DNA of 64,000 nucleotides from an uncultured Candidatus Saccharibacteria bacterium (GTDB lineage Bacteria; Patescibacteriota; Minisyncoccia; Phycocordibacterales; CAIJYI01). The stretch lies in NCBI GenBank assembly GCA_964410165.1, contig CAYPFT010000001.1, positions 38,341 to 102,340 on the forward strand, written 5' to 3'. How positions within the stretch are numbered: position 1 is the first letter of the stretch; every line of letters starts with the position of its first letter. Below are positions 47,230-56,571 of the stretch, piece after piece. The notes under the pieces were generated by a model. That model did no database searches. It saw nothing but the letters and a program-made list of their open reading frames with translations, and was not told the DNA's origin. The position numbers and the translations under genes were made by a program.

Positions 47230-47503
47230 CCCTATAGCTAATTCTAGCATATGCCACTTAGCCGGATTAATTTGGTTGATAATCAACTCGGATTGCAGGT
47301 AATGTGCCTCGTACACCGGCTTCTTCTCTCCTCAAAACGAACGATTTTAAGCTCGCAACACGATGATTTCGCATGTATTTTTTTTATACACGCGAATTGT
47401 TTCAAAAAAACGAAAAAAATGCTTACGCTACCGAACTAAAACGACTACGCTATCAACCAAATTAATCCGGCTATTACGCATATGCTAGAATTAGCTATAG
47501 GGG
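47230..47503. mobile_element. Family-3 MITE (~274 bp) with ~50-bp terminal inverted repeats
   Basis: ccctatagctaattctagcatatgc ... gcatatgctagaattagctataggg (25/25 perfect), extended by ccggattaatttggttgata / tatcaaccaaattaatccgg. Confidence 0.7.
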
Positions 47504-47514
47504 AAAAAGAAAAA

Positions 47515-48804
47515 TTATTTTTTAGTTTTTATGGATTCGCCGATGCTTGTCCCCGCGACGAAGCCTGTCGTCCAGCAGAGTTGAAGCGAGAAGCCGCCGG
47601 AAGGGCGGTTGATGTTTAAAATATCTCCGAGAAGGTAGAGGTTCGGGTGAATGCGCGAGGTCATGTTTTTGAAATTCACTTCTTCAAGCATTACTCCGCC
47701 GTCGGCGATGACGGCTTTGTCGAAACCGAGTGTGCCGATGATGGGGAAGGCGAGGTTTTTCATTTTTTTCACGAGCTTCTTTCGTTCTTCTTTGGTAACT
47801 TCGTTTACGGGCTTTTCAGAAAGCGAAACGCCGGTGGGGTTGATATCCTGCATCACAAGTATTTCGGCGGCGACCGCCTTATCCATCATCTCCGGCAAGA
47901 CATTTTTCATTTTTTTATTCTTGTTCTGCTCAAAGAGGCGCCATACCCGGCGGTCGAGCTCGTTTTCTTCCGTGTCGGGAAACATATCAATGGTCGCTTC
48001 CACTTGTCCCGCTTTCAGTAATTTAATGACTTCAAAAGACGAGTTGAGTACGAGCGGCCCGGAAACGCCGAAGTGGGTGAAAAGAATTTTCCCCGTTTTT
48101 TTCAGTTTTATTTTCCCGTCGAGCTTGAAGCGGATGGTCATGAATGAAAGCGTAACCCCCGAAAGCCGGTGCACCCACGTGGCATCGGTGGCAAGCGGAA
48201 CGATATTCGGACTCGGATTTTTGGCGGTATGTCCGAGCGATTTCAAAAGGTTGAACCCATCATCGGTTGAGCCGGTTTCCGGAGCGGCGAGATTGCCGGT
48301 AGCAATGGCGATATTTCGCGCAATGAACGCATCTCCTTTTTTTGTTTTTACCTCAAAATTTCCGTCCCGCATTTTTTTGAGGTATGAAACGCGGGTGTTC
48401 GCCTTTATCTCCACGCGGTTGTTTTTGACATACTTCTCCATAACCCGCGTTACATCCGGCGCTTTCTGCGTATTTGGGAAAGCTCGTTTGCGCGCCTCAA
48501 TGACGAGAGGAAGTCCGTGGTTCTCAAAAAAAGTGAACGTATCTTTTGCCGAGAATTTTGAGAAAGGAGAGAAGAGAAATTCCTTCGCTTCGGGAAAATT
48601 CGCCAAAAAAGCGCGAACATTGAATTCCGCATTGGTGATATTGCACCGTCCGCCACCAGTTAAAGAGAGCTTTTTCCCAAGCTTCTTGTTTTTCTCAAGC
48701 AGAAGCACGCGCGCGCCAAGCTCCGCCGCACGTCCGCCGCACATCATCCCCGATGGCCCGCCGCCGATGACGATGAGGTCGTATGTAGAATGGTCTAATT
48801 TCAT
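47515..48804 (-). CDS. HI0933/BaiN-like FAD-dependent flavoprotein (TIGR00275 family)
   Basis: YDLIVIGGGPSGMMCGGRAAELGARVLLLEKNKKLGKKLSLTGGGRCNITN. Confidence 0.75.
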   Translation of the reverse strand: MKLDHSTYDLIVIGGGPSGMMCGGRAAELGARVLLLEKNKKLGKKLSLTGGGRCNITNAEFNVRAFLANFPEAKEFLFSPFSKFSAKDTFTFFENHGLPLVIEARKRAFPNTQKAPDVTRVMEKYVKNNRVEIKANTRVSYLKKMRDGNFEVKTKKGDAFIARNIAIATGNLAAPETGSTDDGFNLLKSLGHTAKNPSPNIVPLATDATWVHRLSGVTLSFMTIRFKLDGKIKLKKTGKILFTHFGVSGPLVLNSSFEVIKLLKAGQVEATIDMFPDTEENELDRRVWRLFEQNKNKKMKNVLPEMMDKAVAAEILVMQDINPTGVSLSEKPVNEVTKEERKKLVKKMKNLAFPIIGTLGFDKAVIADGGVMLEEVNFKNMTSRIHPNLYLLGDILNINRPSGGFSLQLCWTTGFVAGTSIGESIKTKK

Positions 48805-48885
48805 GAGTTTTTACAATAACATAAAAATAGGGAAAAGAAAAGCCCCCCAATAAATTGGTGGGGGGTCATATAAGATGGGCTGGAA

Positions 48886-49188
48886 TTACTCTTTAGTTTT
48901 CCAACCAGCAACATTTTCTTTTCTGAATGTTTCCGAAGTGCCCGTGTATCGTGTCCCACTCCATACACTGAAAGCATCCCACGATATTCCTTCCACTGTG
49001 TACTGCTCCGAAAGGTCAAGTGTCGCGAGATATTTCTCTCCATCAGACGCGATAATTTCGAATATTTCGCCCGGGGTGCGATTTTTGGGGAAGCCTTCGT
49101 TAAACGGAAATCCGGCTAACTTTGTTCCAATAAATTGTTGGTCAACAGTTTTTGATACTGTTTCCCAATTTTTGCTTTGCTCTGCCAT
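48886..49188 (-). CDS. Hypothetical protein
   Basis: 100-aa ORF. No motif recognised. Confidence 0.35.
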   Translation of the reverse strand: MAEQSKNWETVSKTVDQQFIGTKLAGFPFNEGFPKNRTPGEIFEIIASDGEKYLATLDLSEQYTVEGISWDAFSVWSGTRYTGTSETFRKENVAGWKTKE

Positions 49189-49356
49189 TTTACGCTCCTC
49201 GTTTGTTGGGGGGTTGAAATGTGCCGTTTTTGACGGTATTGATACGCCAAATGTAGAGTATCCTACTATAGGTTATTTGTCAAACTTATAAATTTGACTC
49301 AACGTAAAAGATATGCTTTTCTTATCCCAGACAAACAATTTTTGGAGGTTCTTTAC

Positions 49357-49980
49357 ATGAGAAATTGGCTGGGGTACGAGTGGACTCCGGAGGCGATAAG
49401 CTCTTACGGAATCATTTTTTTTATTTTCTTCGGTTCCGTCGCGCTTGGTATCCAGGGATGGAAAATTTGGAAAAATAAATCGGGGGATTCGGTGTCGGCC
49501 ACATGGGTATTCATTTTCTTTTTCATGTTTATCACTTACCCCATTTTCGGGGTTAAAGAAAGTAATTCTCTTTTGGCATGGCAGGGAGTGTTTCGCATTG
49601 CATTTTACATCCCGATTCTTTACGGACTGTATAAATTCAAAGGGTTCACAAAAAAAGAATTACTGCTTGTTCGGCTTCTTTTCATTATGATATTTATCAT
49701 GATTGAGTTTCCGCGTACGGGAGAATTTGTTTTTTCCATGATAAACTTTTTTGCCGTTCTCGGTGTTTTTGCTCAAGGGGAGCTCATCAGGAAAGAAAAA
49801 AGCGCGGGCATGGTCTCTCCGGTTTTGCTTTTCGCTTATGCTGTGAATGTGGTCGTTTGGATATGGTATTCTTATGAAATTGACGATTGGCTCGTGTTTG
49901 CAAACTCCGCCCTCTTCCTCTTTTCGTATGGGTATACCATTGCTCTTTGGATGCGTTTTCGGCACAAGCGCGTGATGTAA
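49357..49980 (+). CDS. Polytopic membrane protein, hypothetical
   Basis: GGAGG RBS 9 nt before ATG 49357. About six hydrophobic helices. Confidence 0.5.
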   Translation: MRNWLGYEWTPEAISSYGIIFFIFFGSVALGIQGWKIWKNKSGDSVSATWVFIFFFMFITYPIFGVKESNSLLAWQGVFRIAFYIPILYGLYKFKGFTKKELLLVRLLFIMIFIMIEFPRTGEFVFSMINFFAVLGVFAQGELIRKEKSAGMVSPVLLFAYAVNVVVWIWYSYEIDDWLVFANSALFLFSYGYTIALWMRFRHKRVM

Positions 49981-50077
49981 AAAAGCCGCTCTGATTGAAA
50001 GAGCGGCTTTTGTTTTTGTGTATAAAAATTTCATGATACAATACAAGCATAACTTACCAGCGTAATCATATCTTTGT

Positions 50078-50140
50078 ATGGCAAAAGGAATGTCGCATAA
50101 AAAAGAAGCGAAGAAGCCGAAGAAAGGCGCGAAGAAATAA
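50078..50140 (+). CDS. Tiny lysine-rich ORF (20 aa, MAKGMSHKKEAKKPKKGAKK) with its own promoter-like element and terminator
   Basis: Extended -10 TGATACAAT at 50024-50032. The terminator at 50145-50177 sits directly after the stop codon. No SD sequence. Confidence 0.2.
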   Translation: MAKGMSHKKEAKKPKKGAKK

Positions 50141-50144
50141 TAAA

Positions 50145-50177
50145 GAAAATCCGCCCTTCGGTTTGGGGGCGGATTTT
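50145..50177 (+). terminator. Rho-independent terminator
   Basis: atccgccc-ttcggtttg-gggcggat followed by ttttt. Confidence 0.6.
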
Positions 50178-50200
50178 TTACCCTGCGTATAAGAGAGTTA

Positions 50201-51313
50201 TCATGCCGCATCATTCTTTAAAATTCTTTGTATCTCTCGTTTCCTTTGCCGCGGTGAAAGTTTCGCGAGCCGCTCCGTTTGCCGGTAGAAACCCTGAAAA
50301 TCGCGATTGGAAAATTCAAAAAGCTTTTCGAAGAGAGGTACCAGATTTCCGTAATCGTTTGTTTCACTCACGCGGGCGTTGTTCAGAGACTTTTTAAACC
50401 AACCATCGTAGCCGCCGTATCCGCCCCAGCTTTCTTTCAGTACGGCGTAATCTTCTCGCATTTTTTGAAAAACGTTTCGTTTCAAAAGACGCGTTTCTTT
50501 CGGCGAAAGATTTTTCATGTACAGCGTATCGAGTTCACGCCATGTTGCGGCGACAAGGTTTGCAAATTCAACCGACCTTTGCGTGCGTTCGAGGATCCGC
50601 TTCGCCAAAAGAACTTTTTGGTCTTTTTCGTAATGTTTTTCCACCCACAAGTATTGGCCGATTCTTCCGACAAACACGGCGAACGATTCATTGAAAGCCG
50701 GCTCGCCCGGTATGCGCAATTTTTCATGAGCCATTTCGTGGAAGACGGTACTCGCGTACTCGTAATCTGGATATTCAAAAAGAGTGTTCATTGCCGGGTC
50801 GGCGAAATTGCCACCCGTGGAATATGCCGTGACGCCGCGAACGGAAACGTCATATCCTTCGCGCGACAGTTTTTTCTCGTATTCTTTGGCGAGCCGCTCG
50901 TCAAAGAATGTCAGATGAGAAGCGCATCCGGCGAAAGGGAAACACCATGTTTTCGGCCGTACCGAAAATTCCGGCGTTGCAGTAAGCGACCAGTTTGCGA
51001 ATTCTCTGCCGGTGTCCATGTAGGTGGTGAAGCTTTTCGTCGCGGGAAGGCCGAGTTCTCGTATCGCGAATTCGCGTATTTCAAGTACGGAACGCAAATC
51101 CTTTTTTAATTTTTCCGGCACTTGTTTGTCGTCGAGCATGTCGCGTATCGGCACGCGGTTGGTTAAAACGCGGGTTTCTCCGGCGACCAATTGCGCGTAG
51201 TAACCCGGGCCGGTAAAATTCGCGCAAGAAACCAGACAAGAAGATACGAAAGGAAAAATAATAAAAAGAAAGGCAAGCCGAAATGTTTTGGCGCGTTTGA
51301 GAAGAGTGTTCAT
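50201..51313 (-). CDS. Putative zinc metallopeptidase lipoprotein (HExxH)
   Basis: Lipoprotein-like signal FPFVSSC. HEMAHE zinc-binding motif. Confidence 0.55.
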   Translation of the reverse strand: MNTLLKRAKTFRLAFLFIIFPFVSSCLVSCANFTGPGYYAQLVAGETRVLTNRVPIRDMLDDKQVPEKLKKDLRSVLEIREFAIRELGLPATKSFTTYMDTGREFANWSLTATPEFSVRPKTWCFPFAGCASHLTFFDERLAKEYEKKLSREGYDVSVRGVTAYSTGGNFADPAMNTLFEYPDYEYASTVFHEMAHEKLRIPGEPAFNESFAVFVGRIGQYLWVEKHYEKDQKVLLAKRILERTQRSVEFANLVAATWRELDTLYMKNLSPKETRLLKRNVFQKMREDYAVLKESWGGYGGYDGWFKKSLNNARVSETNDYGNLVPLFEKLFEFSNRDFQGFYRQTERLAKLSPRQRKREIQRILKNDAA

Positions 51314-51379
51314 GCGGTACCTCGCGTAGCGGTATCAAAGGGTTTCTTGTTTCAAGATAGCATGTTTTCCAGAGAACAG

Positions 51380-51860
51380 AAACGGATATGCCAGTAAAAA
51401 CAAAAACCGACTGATGCCGGTTTTTGCGCCAAACTTGGTGGAGATGGGGGATCGGTCACAAGTATTTTTTCTGACAAAAAATCTTGCGACCCCGGCTCGC
51501 GGTTTTTGCCTTGTGCTTCGCACAAACAAAAACATCGCTGCGCCTTTCAATCCCCCCACGTGAGCAAAGCAGTTTGCTCACTCATCTCCACAACTCAAAA
51601 CAACAAACCGCCCTAAATCGGGCGGGTTGTTTTGGCTGTGGAGATGGGGGGAATCGGTCACAGATAAATTTTTGTTGCTACAAAAATTTTCCGCGACCCC
51701 ACCTCGGCTGTTTTGTCGCTTGCGAGCGATAAAACATGCCTGCGGTTTTCGATTCCCCACGGAAGCCAAGCAGTTGGCTTCCTCCATCTCCACCGAATTT
51801 TGGCAAAACAAAAACCGACTGATGCCGGTTTTTGCGCCAAAATTGGTGGAAACTAATGAA
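51380..51860. repeat. Array of degenerate repeats derived from the ssrA 3' end (old att remnants) plus 45-bp direct repeats
   Basis: tggagatggggg(g)a(a)tcggtcaca occurs at 51438 and 51643. Inverted ...catctccac... occurs at 51585 and 51784. ~110-bp diverged repeats lie at 51484-51595 and 51690-51800. The 45-bp direct repeat aaaacaaaaaccgactgatgccggtttttgcgccaaaNttggtgga lies at 51393 and 51804. Confidence 0.6.
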
Positions 51861-52175
51861 TGACGTTAGAACCTATATTCTGGAACCAGATGTGTGCTCT
51901 TCCCTTAAGATCGTTCAATCGTGGTAATGGTTGAGGGACACTAGAATCACTTGAGTGGGTAGTTTACACTCTCGGTTGGTATTTCTACCACTTTGAATAG
52001 AACCACCATCACATCCTACTCTCCAGGATGTTAACTATGTTAATGACATTCATTAACTGAATAAAAAAAATAGGCCTGAAAAAGTGCCTATGGGGTAACG
52101 GATACTTTTCGCGAGATTTATCCGGATTCTTTGTTTGAGTCCATTCCGGACAAGGGGTATAATGATATTGACACC

Positions 52176-53489
52176 ATGCCTCTATCCACTACTGATATAA
52201 AAGATTTATTTGTTTCTTTAGAACCAAGGGAAGATTGGTCATTTCGTGATGTTGGGAGATCTCAGACTACGGCCTTTACTCATGACTATCACCGGTATCC
52301 GGCAAAGTTTATCCCCCAAATCGTGAAGAAACTTATAGAAGATTATGCTCCAAGTGGGACTCAGGTTGTTTGCGATCCTTTTGGTGGATGTGGCACTACT
52401 CTTGTGGAAGCAAAAATGTTGGGTCACAAGAGTATTGGATTTGATATAAATCCAGTTGCGAAGTTGATAACTCAAACAAAGACCACTCCAATCAAACCAA
52501 GAACTCTCACTAATTACAGAAGTAAATTCTTGGAGGATTATGATAATGCTCCCACGGTATCGTATGAACACCACCCCAGGATTGGATACTGGTTTGAGCC
52601 AGATATGGTTCGAGAGCTGGACAGAATATATTTTGCTATAAAGGAAATAAAAAACCACAATGTTAGAAGGTTCTTCTTGTGTTCTTTTTCACACAACTTG
52701 AAAAATTGCTCGCGTTGGTTAATGAAAAGTATTAAACCAACTATTGATAAGGAAAAAGTGCTACCTAATCCAAAAGCGACATTCTTGCGTCATCTTGATT
52801 CGATGATACGAAAGAATGAGCAGTTTTACACTTCGTTAGTTCAGTCTAAGTACACGAATGTCCCAGCGAAAATGTACAGGAGGGATTCGACAAAGAAGTT
52901 TCCTCTGGAAACAAATTCTGTAGACCTCATTATTACATCACCACCTTATGTCACTTCATACGAATACGCTGATTTACATCAGCTATCTTTGCTCTGGTTT
53001 GGGGATGACCCGAAGCATTTCAAGAAGTGGCATCATTTTAGCAAAGAGTTCATAGACTTCAGAAGGACTTTCATAGGCACTAGCTCAAAGGCAGAAAAAA
53101 GGGGCGAGTTCGACAGTGAGATAGGCAATCAAATAGTGAATGCGTTAATGTCTGTGGAGCGACCTTTGGCGATTGATGTTGCGAATTACTTTTTGGATAT
53201 GAAGAAGGTTTTTGCAGAAATGCATAGAGTGTTAAAGCCAGGAGGCAAGGCGTGCATCATAATCGGAAATACAAATCTGCGCGGTGTAGAGATTTCCAAT
53301 GCTCAGGTTACTGCAGAGCAAATGCAAGTTGCTGGGTTTAAAAAACTCGATTTCATCAAGCGGGAAATACCCAACAAGATGATTACTCCCTGGAGAGATT
53401 TAGACAGTGGCAAGTTCACCGGCAAGGATAATCCTTCAAAAACTAGAGCTTATGAGTTTGAGTATGTTGTTGTGATGGAAAAAGTTTAG
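52176..53489 (+). CDS. DNA amino-methyltransferase (N6-adenine or N4-cytosine; motif I DPFGGCGTT, motif IV SPPY)
   Basis: CDPFGGCGTTLVEA SAM motif and IITSPPYVTSYEY catalytic motif. Start chosen at MPLSTT, 11 nt after a TATAAT. Confidence 0.8.
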   Translation: MPLSTTDIKDLFVSLEPREDWSFRDVGRSQTTAFTHDYHRYPAKFIPQIVKKLIEDYAPSGTQVVCDPFGGCGTTLVEAKMLGHKSIGFDINPVAKLITQTKTTPIKPRTLTNYRSKFLEDYDNAPTVSYEHHPRIGYWFEPDMVRELDRIYFAIKEIKNHNVRRFFLCSFSHNLKNCSRWLMKSIKPTIDKEKVLPNPKATFLRHLDSMIRKNEQFYTSLVQSKYTNVPAKMYRRDSTKKFPLETNSVDLIITSPPYVTSYEYADLHQLSLLWFGDDPKHFKKWHHFSKEFIDFRRTFIGTSSKAEKRGEFDSEIGNQIVNALMSVERPLAIDVANYFLDMKKVFAEMHRVLKPGGKACIIIGNTNLRGVEISNAQVTAEQMQVAGFKKLDFIKREIPNKMITPWRDLDSGKFTGKDNPSKTRAYEFEYVVVMEKV

Positions 53490-55774
53490 TCTTCTCCAAG
53501 TTGCTCTGCTCTATTGGTGAAAGAAAGGTCAAGAATAAACTTGCTTATAGCTTTAAGTGAGTTGGGAATTGCCCAATCTCGTTTGTCGGGCTCATTTTTC
53601 ATTTCAAAAAACATTGCAATAGCATAAAGATAAATGCTGGCGAAAAATCGTTTTTGGATCGTAGACATCATATCTCCAGATGCATACTTTGGATTTCTTT
53701 TTGGAAATTCAATAAGTACGTCGGGTTCTTTATTTATGTAGACTGTAATTCCTTCTTGGTCTTCCACAACCTCAGCGATATCAACTCCAGTCCATCGTTT
53801 ACCAGATGGCGAAGCCCAGTCTTCTTTTGTCCAGTCTTCTTTGGGAATATATTTTCTTTCCGGGAGTTTAAGGGCAAGTTTTGTCGGCTGTTTTGGAGTA
53901 CCAGGCTTTCCTACATGCGGTTCTTCAAATTCACCTATGATTATTTTCAGCTCAACTTTGAGTGATTCCTGATTTGGTCGTGTAAGTTCAAAAGTCACAG
54001 TGTCGGTTTCTCCCGGTTTTGCGCCTTTGGCTGGTTCAATACGAATAGGCAAGAAGCCGTCTTTTAATGAATACTGATTGATTTGAACCAATTTTGATGC
54101 TGTCCAGCGAAACTCACCGCTGTCTTTGGTTCGTATGAGGTAGTCATTCTGCGCGTCTGTTTTTATTCTCAATCGAGCGTAACGATTGAAAGGAATTGTT
54201 TTTTCATTCTCCTTGAGTTCAAAGAATGTAGGTATGTATTCTCCTTTGTATTCTTTTTTATTTTGTCCCTCGGGTCTCTCTGTGGGCACCTCTTCTCCCA
54301 CATTCAAGAGTGAAGCAAGAAAAGGATTGTCTTTAACCAATCGACCTATATAACGTGATAGGTCTTGGTCTTCTGGTTGAGCATTCTTAAGTTTTCTTTC
54401 TTTGTACTCGCGATTTAACTCTTTCAGTGTTTCATCACCTTTAATAGAGTCAATGAGTCGTTGTTCAAATTCTTCTCTCTCCGGTATGTCAATGAGTCCA
54501 CTTCTTGCAGTATGGAAAACCTTGTTTGCTTCGTGGCTTGCGTTTGATAAATCAATGTGGATTGTCATGAACGGGGCGAGGTCTGGTAACAAGCACTCTG
54601 TTTTTAGAAAGTTTACGGAGTATGTATGTTGAGCTTGTCCGTTCACAGTTAGAAAGACTTTTTCTGTCTGGCTCTTATATGATTTCCCCTGCTCACTCTC
54701 ATCATTGAGAATGACTATTTCAATATTTCTTAACCCAAAAATACCTAACTCTGCTTTGAGCGGTAACACTTGGCGAACAATCTCCTTATCTGAAAATTGT
54801 TTTTTTAGAAGTCTCCAAAGACCGTAGATTCTCGTGACTTTATTTTTATCGGAATAACCTCGAAGCTGAGTACGAAGCTCGTTTATTTGAATTGGCAATG
54901 GCATTGAGAAGTACCTCTTGTTGATTTCACGAGCTAATTCTTTTTCTCTTTGACCGGTTATGAAAAGGTTGCTATTTCTAAGAGCGTAACTATATAGACG
55001 AACAAAACTTCCACTCTCAAAGCTACCCCCATCTGGCAAGATTTTAAGAGGTTCAAAAGGAATGGATGGTACATTGTTGTCTACAACGCAGTATTCATAG
55101 CGTTCTGCCTTAAATCCGGGTTCGTACCATTCACGGACTAGTGAAAATCCCCAAAGATCTTCTGCGCCGTTTTTTATATTTGGAGCTCGTCGTGAGAGAA
55201 CGAGTTGATACCCATTCCCACAGAACTTCAAAGCGGCGGAACCTCCTTGGTTGTATACACCATGAGCGAATTTTATCCTGATTTTATTTGAGCCACCTAT
55301 TGAAAGAAATGTTTTTGGAAAATCGTTCGGGTGTTGTCCTTCACCAGAGTCGAACACTGATATTGTTGGTTTGTCAGGAGAGCCCTCACCAGTTATACGA
55401 ACAGTCTTTAGGGCAATTTCTCGTACTTCTTTATCAGATAAGTCAAAGTCTGCGATTTTTTTACCAAAGAATTGTTTTATTGCTTCTCCCTGGCTTTGCG
55501 GAGCTGACGGTGAGGTAGGATCTATTCCGGTGTCCAAACAGAATCTAACTAATAGCGCATCGATTCCATTTGTAATTTTCTCAACCAAAGCACCAATGGG
55601 ATCTGGTGCTTGAGCCTTGATAGTTCCAGCATTGTTTTCCTGTCCGCCGTACGGTACCCATTTGCAAGTTTTGAAAAACGGGTGTGTGCTAATCAATTCC
55701 GTGACCTTTTCTTGGCTGGTCGCTTTTATGAGTTCCAAGAGAACATCTTTATTTAGCTTTTGTTGAGGAGTCAT
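53486..55774 (-). CDS. Large (762 aa) uncharacterised protein with N-terminal GHKL/MORC-like ATPase motifs; candidate restriction/defence partner of the methyltransferase
   Basis: Bergerat-fold motifs ALVEKITNGIDAL (ExxxNxxDA) and ISVFDSGEGQ (DxGxG); a glycine-rich segment KFAHGVYNQGGSAALKF follows. Convergent with the MTase gene, with 4-nt overlapping ends. Start chosen at MTPQQK, which follows the stop of the small upstream ORF by 4 nt. Confidence 0.5.
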   Translation of the reverse strand: MTPQQKLNKDVLLELIKATSQEKVTELISTHPFFKTCKWVPYGGQENNAGTIKAQAPDPIGALVEKITNGIDALLVRFCLDTGIDPTSPSAPQSQGEAIKQFFGKKIADFDLSDKEVREIALKTVRITGEGSPDKPTISVFDSGEGQHPNDFPKTFLSIGGSNKIRIKFAHGVYNQGGSAALKFCGNGYQLVLSRRAPNIKNGAEDLWGFSLVREWYEPGFKAERYEYCVVDNNVPSIPFEPLKILPDGGSFESGSFVRLYSYALRNSNLFITGQREKELAREINKRYFSMPLPIQINELRTQLRGYSDKNKVTRIYGLWRLLKKQFSDKEIVRQVLPLKAELGIFGLRNIEIVILNDESEQGKSYKSQTEKVFLTVNGQAQHTYSVNFLKTECLLPDLAPFMTIHIDLSNASHEANKVFHTARSGLIDIPEREEFEQRLIDSIKGDETLKELNREYKERKLKNAQPEDQDLSRYIGRLVKDNPFLASLLNVGEEVPTERPEGQNKKEYKGEYIPTFFELKENEKTIPFNRYARLRIKTDAQNDYLIRTKDSGEFRWTASKLVQINQYSLKDGFLPIRIEPAKGAKPGETDTVTFELTRPNQESLKVELKIIIGEFEEPHVGKPGTPKQPTKLALKLPERKYIPKEDWTKEDWASPSGKRWTGVDIAEVVEDQEGITVYINKEPDVLIEFPKRNPKYASGDMMSTIQKRFFASIYLYAIAMFFEMKNEPDKRDWAIPNSLKAISKFILDLSFTNRAEQLGED

Positions 55775-55781
55775 CTTTTTA

Positions 55782-56000
55782 TAGTTTAAAGTCCCGTCTC
55801 TTGGGGAAGTGGAATTTTGCTTTTGTGTTTCTGACATTTCGTTCTATTTCGGAAAAGATTTTGTTTATCTCGTCTTCAGTGTAGTCGTAAACACTCCTGT
55901 TCGCACAGTTTCCAAGAACCTTAAGACGTTTTAAGACCATGTTCGTCCGGAGAGTGGCGAGTCTTACAAAACGATCTCGATTTGTTTCTTTTCCTTTCAT
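55782..56000 (-). CDS. Small basic ORF translationally coupled to the large GHKL-like gene
   Basis: 73 aa. Its stop lies 4 nt before the ATG of the large gene. TATAAA lies directly upstream of its own ATG. Confidence 0.3.
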
Positions 56001-56343
56001 ATTTTTTATACTACAAGGGTTGTTTTATATTTGCAAGGGCGTAACGTATTTATGTAGGGTAGCTTATACATGAGTAAAAGTAAAGTCAAGAAAGCAGAAA
56101 GTGGAATTTTACTTTCAGGGGGGAAGGTAATACCATGTAAATACAACTGAATATCGTGCTCGAAAGAGCTAGGACCTAAACCAGTAGATTTGTCTCTGGC
56201 ATGGTCTCAAATCGTTGAGGATAGAAAACCCGTCATTCAGGGCGTCCTCAACGTTATAGGGGGAAACTCCTATAGGGCCGCAAGGCCTCCTGGTGGCGGG
56301 TTTTGTGTATCCCACCAGGAATTATCAATTAACAAAATTAGAT

Positions 56344-56571
56344 ATGACTGGTGCAATAAAATACAACATCATAGGTCTTTGGGTAGTGGTCGTTGGATTG
56401 GCGTTTATGACACTGAGTGGATTAAGTAGTTCTCGAAGTCAGTTCGAGCAACTCAAGAATGCTCTGCGAGCACAGGAAAGTTTTAATAACTCACTTGTTC
56501 AACAGTTGAATTTGCAGGGTGCTGTGAACGAAAACCTACTGAATTTCGATGGAGCGATCATCAACCAGTAA
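56344..56571 (+). CDS. Small membrane protein, hypothetical
   Basis: MTGAIKYNIIGLWVVVVGLAFMTLSGL TM segment, 75 aa. Confidence 0.25.
   Translation: MTGAIKYNIIGLWVVVVGLAFMTLSGLSSSRSQFEQLKNALRAQESFNNSLVQQLNLQGAVNENLLNFDGAIINQ

Noticed and set aside
47251-47439. 62-aa ORF inside the family-3 MITE
   Set aside because: It lies entirely within the AT-rich core of an inverted-repeat element. It has no RBS, and its composition (runs of L, S, F) reflects AT-rich DNA.
51380-51860. Possible CRISPR array suggested by the repeated tggagatggggg / ccgactgatgccggttttt segments
   Set aside because: The repeats are irregularly spaced, differ in orientation and length, and match the ssrA 3' end. There is no regular repeat-spacer periodicity and no cas genes.
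55779-56000. Treating the 73-aa ORF as overlapping the large GHKL-like gene when the latter starts at 55837
   Set aside because: An ATG at 55774 (MTPQQK) lies 4 nt after the small ORF stop and gives a clean coupled arrangement. The 55837 start would force a 59-nt out-of-frame overlap. I kept both genes and moved the large gene's start.
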